Source: Verrucomicrobiota bacterium
GTDB taxonomy: Bacteria > Verrucomicrobiota > Verrucomicrobiia > Limisphaerales > AAA164-E04
Length of the DNA: 64,000 nucleotides
Assembly: GCA_047947115.1 (NCBI GenBank)
Contig: CP170459.1
Span: 2,720,001-2,784,000 of the forward strand
Direction of reading: 5' to 3'
This document shows positions 57,901 through 64,000 of this stretch, piece by piece. The notes under the pieces were generated by a model that was not told where the DNA came from, did no database searches, and saw nothing but the letters and a program-made list of their open reading frames with translations. Position 1 is the stretch's first letter; each line of letters starts with the position of its first letter. A program made the translations under genes and the position numbers.

Positions 57901-58462
57901 TGACATGGGGTTGCGGCGGTTTTTGAAATCCCTGTTTTCGACGCATGCCTACCAGCTTTCCTCTGAAGCTCCCGAGGGATACGCTGCTTTAGGGGATTCA
58001 TTTTTCGCAAGATTTCCAGTACGCAGGCACTTTGCCGAAGTGTTGGATCATGGCTTTTATTCCATTGCCCAATTTCCTTTCTCTGGACACGCATTTCTGC
58101 CTTTGAAACTGATGGGATATCCACAAAGACGTATCGTTCCATACTGGGACCATCGTAGAAATCCTGCAGGTGTTACCGAGGCTTTGATGTTGCTCAATAG
58201 CCGTGAGACTGTTGATTGGAAAGCCAATCACTTCCTATCGAGGATTCAAAATCAAACAGCTCTCAGTCTGGCTAAAGCAACCACAAGAGAGGCCAGAACG
58301 AGCCTGTATCTGGAAGCCGCACGAGAAATGGTTTTCCTTTCCCTGATGAGAGATCCAACGGAAGAAGAATTCGATGCGATTCGAGTCCTTGAACCCAGTG
58401 TGGAAAGTCTGGTGGATCTTGCGGTGGCCTTGGGAGTGAGTTCGGAGTTTGTTTTTAGATAG
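54950..58462 (+). CDS. Multidomain DUF1549/DUF1553-like c-type cytochrome with Ig-like domains
   Basis: TYEQDVRPVF.KCVVCH (planctomycete-type cytochrome c), EFLRR, CARCHDHK, R.WAEL, S.HAYQLSS, ALMLLNS and SSEFVF motifs; Big-1-like TD.NG repeats. Confidence 0.85.
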   Translation: MKMVRNTIFYILYIQLFLLLTGQAGESSRILSAFLTVGGGLQMEFEARDGDYYTLYHGHHPHDICVPLQMALPEGSSGRFLVDPEILSNAEQHFFVLRSASMSDPRDTDMDGIDDLFEWFTPRLNPLDASDAAQDWDHDGATNVEEYVMGTQLSVADVFHLTSLMDDLLVERVHEDIVIPIRAAYADGRPASSQWVTLETRLGDELTRKEKFLTNEDGWIRPVITVALGTLRVTFTSEHSPRPLEHLIASARMEVVGDQVKQMPVGSETRFEFRILGDLPLEKMKRHPFQITAQHVSGDYLPVTASSIDGFGVAKLMTPEGGTRVHIASPLFPGQDLFVEVEGLVFAAHKLEFPEPSPSDGQTTWVKQNQWKQFSVQAKNEAGQPQPGVPVSFRILEGVARFGPDKAFTDQNGVAKVSVLPMGPGILSLEVTSGAVQPAVKSVATRPITYEQDVRPVFAKCVVCHDANHGLPFETYEQVRHGVSPWTQKPVVNATQPDLSPLIYLTEPPYGAMYQNALWANPDDPLTENDAALLGDWVRSGALRSFDLPGAPEEIQFVSFLDQLGVPETRFPVSLTFRVLDGRSRPVPLADAVVSSNVSGDILKTSGKTDFDGKVHLTLEFDQDSRDRRILIQVPESPAMKTLSLPMNPSYDAGFLGSSTSPVDQALAGVLKAHNLSPAQRTSKSEFLRRIVADATGRHPDLNDPLIGPVIAEYISVDSDTKEDRMRLIENLVDSELFLDHWIGERISTWIEVPAEADPRHGSPKFDAPVKALLQQNDSLGDLVATLGLLGGNGPSWESVPFSEAGFAITSTHDVMEFGRNSLDQLLGAFTGQSIACARCHDHKLTGPEDEVTWTQEQAHDVYAFSVLNIAGLDMIQIDGSIKKHEVEFPVWWGSGDELPYRSEIALASPGGEWIANQIRHRAELWSWIVKSPLFSRAVSHRLWAELWAPMVDPVDIRNSTLEPLRKNGLIEVMQALQDQFLADDMGLRRFLKSLFSTHAYQLSSEAPEGYAALGDSFFARFPVRRHFAEVLDHGFYSIAQFPFSGHAFLPLKLMGYPQRRIVPYWDHRRNPAGVTEALMLLNSRETVDWKANHFLSRIQNQTALSLAKATTREARTSLYLEAAREMVFLSLMRDPTEEEFDAIRVLEPSVESLVDLAVALGVSSEFVFR

Positions 58463-58471
58463 GGGAGTCTG

Positions 58472-59920
58472 ATGAAACTTGATAGAAGAAAGTTTTTACA
58501 AGGAGGATCACTGGGTATTGGCTCAAGTGTTCTGGGATTGAGTTGGTTGGATCAGGTGGTGTTGCAGGAGGTGGCTGCCAAGGATCTCACGTCGACACGA
58601 CAATATGATGCTGCAATTCTCGTTTATTACGAAGGAGGTCCTTCACAGATTGATTCATTTGATCCCAAACCGGGTTCCATTGGAAACCGTTATCCAGGGG
58701 TGATGGTTCCCGGACTCGAGGATATTTACGGCCAACCGGTTCAGGTTAGCAATCTGCTGTCAAGATTTGGGGCATTGGATGGCTCAAGTGGCATGCATGC
58801 CGAGGGGCACGGCACTATTCGGTTTGGGTTTATTCGAAGCATGCACCATGGAATTCCAGTGCACCAGTTTGCTCAAAAGTTTACCACCAATTTCTGGCAA
58901 AGCCCTGTTGGATTTGATTACCCGCCTGTGGCTCCTGTCATGTCCCACTATTTTTCCAAGTATGGGGCAACCACAGGGTTGCCGGGCTCGGTTTTTATTC
59001 GAGGAGGAACAGGGCGTGATGCCAATGCGCTGCGTGGAGGACGAGTGCCGCTGGCTCTTGAAGTGGATGGTTCCGTACAGGGGATGGATCTGATGCCTGA
59101 AATGTTACATGCTCCTGATGGGGTTCACCTGGCACAGCGTGTTCAACTTGCACAGTTGTTTAGTAACAAACATCGGCAAAAGCGTGATCAAGCGGAGATC
59201 ACCAGTTGGGTGCAATCTGTTAAACAGGCAGCTGAATTGACCTTGGGAGGTGTGGCAGAACAAGCTTTTCGATTGGATAAGAACAATTTGTTGTCCAAGG
59301 GAAACCCCAATATTTTCGAGGGTTCAAAACAGCGCTTCACTCTGGCAGCGCAGTTGGTTAAACACGGCGTTCCATTTGTACAGGTCGGTATTGAAGGCAA
59401 CGATGATGGACATTTCAACAACACCAAGGCGGTGGAAAACATTTTTGGGCAACTCACTGATGATCTTGTCAGGGAGATGGTGTTGTCACTGGAAGATTGG
59501 TGTGTGACTCAGCAGAAGAGGGTTTTGGTTTTAATGATGGGGGAGTTCGGGCGAAATCCACATCAGGTTCCCAAGTTAAATGGAGCTGATACACGCGGTC
59601 ACTGGGCCTCCGGTTTTACATGGTCGTTGATCTCCATCAATCATTCCCAGTTTCAGAGCACCGTCATTGGTGACACCGGCCCAGAAGGTGCCCATACCCT
59701 CAGCGATGGACCGCTGCTGCATCCTGTCCGTCCCAGTGCGGTGGGTGGGTTGTTGTATCATGTCATGGGATTTCCTCCGGACATGGCTGATAACTATGTT
59801 CAGATGATGGACGGGCGCATGGTCTCTCCTGTTGATTTGAGTTTCGTGAAAAATGAACCAGATGGTTCCATGGTTGAGGGAAACACACCCTGGTTGATGA
59901 AACAATTCGGTCTTGCTTAG
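58472..59920 (+). CDS. DUF1501 family protein with Tat signal
   Basis: DRRKFL, GGPSQIDSFDPKP, IRSMHH and MGEFGRNP motifs. Confidence 0.9.
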   Translation: MKLDRRKFLQGGSLGIGSSVLGLSWLDQVVLQEVAAKDLTSTRQYDAAILVYYEGGPSQIDSFDPKPGSIGNRYPGVMVPGLEDIYGQPVQVSNLLSRFGALDGSSGMHAEGHGTIRFGFIRSMHHGIPVHQFAQKFTTNFWQSPVGFDYPPVAPVMSHYFSKYGATTGLPGSVFIRGGTGRDANALRGGRVPLALEVDGSVQGMDLMPEMLHAPDGVHLAQRVQLAQLFSNKHRQKRDQAEITSWVQSVKQAAELTLGGVAEQAFRLDKNNLLSKGNPNIFEGSKQRFTLAAQLVKHGVPFVQVGIEGNDDGHFNNTKAVENIFGQLTDDLVREMVLSLEDWCVTQQKRVLVLMMGEFGRNPHQVPKLNGADTRGHWASGFTWSLISINHSQFQSTVIGDTGPEGAHTLSDGPLLHPVRPSAVGGLLYHVMGFPPDMADNYVQMMDGRMVSPVDLSFVKNEPDGSMVEGNTPWLMKQFGLA

Positions 59921-59944
59921 ACATCGCAGCAACTGAGGTTGGGA

Positions 59945-62900
59945 TCAAAGGGATGCAACCACACGGAAATAGCGGTGGGGGAGAAGCGGATCAAATGCCT
60001 CGGTGAAGGTGAGCGTTTCCTCCTCTGCGCGTATTGTTTCCACATCCACCCAGTTACTCAAATCATCCGACGCTTGTAGGGTATATTGTCTGCCGGTTTC
60101 GGCATTGGTGATGATGCGTATTTCTTGGTCGGCAATCATTCCGATGGATTCGATTTGTAGCCGGAAGTCGGGATCGAACCGCGTGACTTGAATAGAGACT
60201 TTTCCTGTGTTGCTGTATTTAAACCCATCCCAAACACGCCACGTAAAGCTGTCCGATCCCGTGTATCCTGGATCCGGTGTGTAAACCAATTCTTTTTCCA
60301 AACCCGAAAGGGTCCCGTGTTTCGGACCTTCCAAAATGACTCGGTTTAGAATGTCTTCATCAATGTCCTCAACATCCAGCAGGAATGTTTTCGGAAGGTT
60401 CCTCTGTAGCAGGACGGATTGATTGTTGCCAGTGGGCTTGTGATTGGGGTATTGGACCTCGATCACCACGGTGCCCGGGTTGCTGTCAAATTCACCGTCG
60501 TTGGCAACGAATTGAATGCGGTCAAATCCGAAAAAGTCCGGATCCGGGTGATACGTCAGGTTGGGGGGATCTCCGGATATGGTTCCGTTTTCAGGAAGGA
60601 GCAACCATTCAAAGGTGAGGGGATTGTTTTCTCTGTCTTCGATACCCAGTTCGAAGGATTCATCCTTGTTGCCGAAAATTTCCACGCCGATATCGCGTGC
60701 TTTCGGGGCGGTGTTTTCATCGGTTACTTCGAAGGTGATCTGGGCCGTTCCGGTTGCGCCCAGGTTGTCCATCACCTGAAGGATTGCTTCGGTTTTCCCG
60801 ACGAAATCTTTGGCTGGCAGATAGAGCAGGGTGGATTCTGACAAGGTCAGCGTTCCTGATTCCGGATGGGATGCGATCGAGAATTCGAATGGGTCTTCAT
60901 CCACATCTTCAGCTTCCAGCTCAACGTCCACCTCCTGGTTCACTGCGGTGATGATGTATTGATCGTTCACATCTGGATGGTTGTTTTCATCGCCAATGAC
61001 GAATTCCACCGTTGCGATGGGACCATCCGTTTTTCCGTCGTTGGCTCTGTAAGTGAATTGGTCTGTGCCGGTATATCCGAACTCAGGGCTGTAGGTCGCC
61101 ACGTCGGGAAACGCAAGCACGCGCCCGTGTTCCGGTCCTTCGATAATTTCAAAACTCAACGGGTCCTGATCTGGATCATGGGCTGTAAAGGTGATGTTTT
61201 GTTCGCGGTTGCGGTTCATTGCAAATTGCTGGGATTTGGCGACTGGCGGATCGTTGATACCGGTGACCAGCAGTGAAGCTTCACCTACGGACTGAACGCC
61301 GTTGCTGTCTTCGATCATGTAGGTGAAGGTGTCCGCTCCCGAAAAATCCGGTTTGGGCACATATAAAAATTTATCGGAATCCAAGCGAGTAAGGGTGCCA
61401 CTCATAGGGGATGTCCATTCTATCAATGTGAAAGGGTCCTCATCCGGATCGACATCGTTTTCAAGTGGATCAAACTCTACGGATTCATCCTCAACAACGA
61501 CGATTCTGTCTTCTTTGGCAACCGGGGCATCATTGACCGGCTGAATGACAAGGACGACCTCTCCTATTGCCATGCCGCCTTCATCATCCACGATGACATA
61601 TTGAAAGGAATCTTCGCCATTGATGTCTTCATTGGGCTCGTAGTGAACAATTCCCTCGCCTCGCTTGAATGCCCTGCCTTGTAACGGTGGAGAGAGTTCA
61701 AGAATTCTCAATGGGAGTCCTTTGGGATGTTCGTCATTGACCAGGAGGTTGATGTCTACCGGCTGATCCTCCTCTGTCTCGATCTGATCCGTCACAGCTA
61801 TGGGGGGCTGATACCCTTCAAGGATGCTGAAGTTTGCGGTCAATTGGTCGCTCGCTCCTTCGGGATCGGTAAGCCGGAAGGTTAACACCTCAGTCCCGGT
61901 CCATTCCGGCTCCAGTGGGACCAGATTCAACTGGTTGAAGTCATCCAGTTCCAATCCCAGGTTCTCGTTGCCTTCGATGGTCCACTGCAGTTCATTTGGA
62001 GCATGATCAGGGTCGCTTCCAAATCGGTTGAGGTTGATGGGGAAAAATGCTTCTCCAAGTGGGATGGTTTGGCTCAGGATGGGGCGGATTTCGGGGGGCT
62101 GGTTCACGCGTACAGACTCATCAAAACGACCGCTGCGTTGATTGTCCTTTTGATAGGTTGGCCATGGAAGCAAGTCTTCTCGGTAGGGTGCGTCGAGGGC
62201 CCAGGCGTATATGCTGTGGCGATTTTTAAGTCCGATACGGGGGTGGTCGCGGGCGTAAGCGATATCTACTGTAGTAGAGCTGACCACATCCAATCGGCCG
62301 TCTCCATCCAGATCCGTGATGGTAGGTGGAGCGTTCTTGATCAGGGAACCGCTGGGAAGTTCAATCCAAAGTCTGTCTTTTCCTTCATCGCCACCAAATA
62401 AGACGGGGACGCCCGACGCGTTCCACGCCCGGAGTCCGGTTGTTTTGTCATATTCGTCCGTGGCCAATAGTGTGAAAGTGGATCCGTAGGTGGGGGAAAG
62501 GGTGTCCAGGATTTCGTTGCCATCCACATCGGCTATGAGAGGTGTGCTCCGGATCAATCCATCCCGGATGGGGCCTATGGGCCAGTTGTTGAGGGGGAAT
62601 CCGTGGTGATGGATGGCGTAAAGCATGCGGGTTCGATGACTGGAAACCACAATCTCCAAATCATCATCCCCGTCGAGATCCGCCAGGGCCGGCGCGCTGT
62701 CGAAGTGTTCTTCGAACACGGCTGGGAAGTTTGGAAGCATGCCTCCATTTCGATAAAAGGCATAGATGCCGCCGCGTGTGTTCTCTTCTGATCCGTCCGC
62801 CACAACGACAATTTCATTGGTGCCATCCCGGTCCAGGTCCCCGATGACGGGGGACGTGATCAGTTTGCCGCTGGTGATGAATGCGTTGAGAGTGACGTTG

Positions 62901-64000
62901 TTGGGGAGTTCGAGATCGTAGATGCCAACTGATTTACAATCATTCACGCAGATAATCTCAAGTTCCGGATCGTCGTCCATATTGGCAACGGCGGGGAGGA
63001 GTTCCATGACATCCAGATCATGATCACAGGCCAGCAGATTCCACCTGTTCATGATTTCTCCATTAGCCTTGATGACCATGAGTTGCCGGTTGTTCGAAAA
63101 TCCCCCGCTGGCCGGTTCGTGGGCAAGTGCGATGATTTCCTGCGTTCCGTCTCCATCCAGATCGGCCATTATTTTTCCAAGAGATTTATAACCGGTTCGA
63201 ACAGGCCATCCGTCGGAGAAGGGAGTGCCGTCGTGATGAAATCCCTGCAGCAGGCCGCCGCTTCCGCCCTCGGTGAAAATCTCCATGGTGCCATCACCGT
63301 CCATATCTCCCACCAAGGGCAGATCATGAAAGGGGACAGCATCCCCCAGCGTGGTCTGCCAGGCGGGTTTGCCATCGTGATGATAAACATAAAGCATGGT
63401 TGGCATCCCAAACAGATCTCCGACTTCGATCAGTACGATTTCCTGGTCTCCGTCCTGATCCAGATCTTCCACCACCACCGGACGCCAGTCATCACCCGTT
63501 GCTTCCTTGCCAATCGAATGATAAAGCGGAAAACCCGGCAGCAGGTTCGCTTCCAGATGGATTGCCTGCACGATATGAGCCGTTGATGCTCCCTGGTCAT
63601 CGGTTGCGGTGAGTCGTAAGGAGTAGAGAGAATCAGGTTTCATCTGGCGTGTGTCCCAAATGGCGAGGGTGTCCTGAAAGGGGGTCAGGTCGCCGTGATC
63701 GCTTTGTTCGATTCCAATCTGGGTCCATGTTTCCGGGGTGGCTCCGGTTCCGATTTCCAGGGTGTAGGTCCGAGCTCTGCCAAACACGCTGCCTTTGATT
63801 TCGATGATGTCGCCGGATCGCAGGATGTCGTTGTTTTGTGGGGAAATGATTTCAACATTCACGACTTCAACCGACTTTGTGACCGTGTTGGTCTGGCCGA
63901 GAGAGTCCGTCACTTCGATCCGGAAGGTGTGGGTGCCGTCCGTTAAATTCTCCGTATTGAATCCTGCCAACAACGTTGCATCGTTGAGAGGTTGATCGCT
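59945..64000 (-). CDS. Large secreted protein with FG-GAP/VCBS repeats and tandem Ig-like (Big_9/cadherin-like) repeats, 5'-partial
   Basis: Repeated DLDGDG..EI motifs; repeated N.PP.A...G.D.FTY units; C-terminal LQASDDL.NW...YFRV. Frame is open to the window edge. Confidence 0.9.
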   Translation of the reverse strand, partial: SDQPLNDATLLAGFNTENLTDGTHTFRIEVTDSLGQTNTVTKSVEVVNVEIISPQNNDILRSGDIIEIKGSVFGRARTYTLEIGTGATPETWTQIGIEQSDHGDLTPFQDTLAIWDTRQMKPDSLYSLRLTATDDQGASTAHIVQAIHLEANLLPGFPLYHSIGKEATGDDWRPVVVEDLDQDGDQEIVLIEVGDLFGMPTMLYVYHHDGKPAWQTTLGDAVPFHDLPLVGDMDGDGTMEIFTEGGSGGLLQGFHHDGTPFSDGWPVRTGYKSLGKIMADLDGDGTQEIIALAHEPASGGFSNNRQLMVIKANGEIMNRWNLLACDHDLDVMELLPAVANMDDDPELEIICVNDCKSVGIYDLELPNNVTLNAFITSGKLITSPVIGDLDRDGTNEIVVVADGSEENTRGGIYAFYRNGGMLPNFPAVFEEHFDSAPALADLDGDDDLEIVVSSHRTRMLYAIHHHGFPLNNWPIGPIRDGLIRSTPLIADVDGNEILDTLSPTYGSTFTLLATDEYDKTTGLRAWNASGVPVLFGGDEGKDRLWIELPSGSLIKNAPPTITDLDGDGRLDVVSSTTVDIAYARDHPRIGLKNRHSIYAWALDAPYREDLLPWPTYQKDNQRSGRFDESVRVNQPPEIRPILSQTIPLGEAFFPINLNRFGSDPDHAPNELQWTIEGNENLGLELDDFNQLNLVPLEPEWTGTEVLTFRLTDPEGASDQLTANFSILEGYQPPIAVTDQIETEEDQPVDINLLVNDEHPKGLPLRILELSPPLQGRAFKRGEGIVHYEPNEDINGEDSFQYVIVDDEGGMAIGEVVLVIQPVNDAPVAKEDRIVVVEDESVEFDPLENDVDPDEDPFTLIEWTSPMSGTLTRLDSDKFLYVPKPDFSGADTFTYMIEDSNGVQSVGEASLLVTGINDPPVAKSQQFAMNRNREQNITFTAHDPDQDPLSFEIIEGPEHGRVLAFPDVATYSPEFGYTGTDQFTYRANDGKTDGPIATVEFVIGDENNHPDVNDQYIITAVNQEVDVELEAEDVDEDPFEFSIASHPESGTLTLSESTLLYLPAKDFVGKTEAILQVMDNLGATGTAQITFEVTDENTAPKARDIGVEIFGNKDESFELGIEDRENNPLTFEWLLLPENGTISGDPPNLTYHPDPDFFGFDRIQFVANDGEFDSNPGTVVIEVQYPNHKPTGNNQSVLLQRNLPKTFLLDVEDIDEDILNRVILEGPKHGTLSGLEKELVYTPDPGYTGSDSFTWRVWDGFKYSNTGKVSIQVTRFDPDFRLQIESIGMIADQEIRIITNAETGRQYTLQASDDLSNWVDVETIRAEEETLTFTEAFDPLLPHRYFRVVASL

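Overview
Gene-dense bacterial chromosomal window. Gene content suggests Verrucomicrobiota or a related PVC lineage (inference from the prepilin/H-X9-DG protein, the DUF1549/1553 + DUF1501 pair, a CotH-lamin-tail protein, Tat-exported Gfo/Idh/MocA proteins, a PQQ propeller and a sulfatase). Housekeeping genes are parE-parC, prfB (programmed +1 frameshift visible), trpC, metY, metX, purC, eda and tRNA-Gly(GCC). Accessory genes include large secreted proteins (alpha-2-macroglobulin, CotH protein, a ~2050 aa surface protein, an FG-GAP/Ig-repeat protein), sugar-acid and carbohydrate enzymes, and a HigBA toxin-antitoxin pair. Best candidates for undescribed biology: (1) a CxxC/RAPP leader ORF resembling the CruR/CutF copper-sensing arrest peptides, upstream of a Met/His-rich secreted protein coupled to a pilin-like gene (21.2-23.3 kb); (2) a ~60-70 aa terminal domain shared by six unrelated secreted proteins, including one circularly permuted copy and one N-terminal copy; (3) a membrane protein with a ParB-type N-terminal peptide; (4) a hybrid kinase whose phosphoacceptor His is replaced by Asn. 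Two genes are split by one missing base in a homopolymer, possibly assembly errors. No CRISPR array, rRNA, integrase or transposase was seen. All family assignments come from motif recognition by eye, not database searches.
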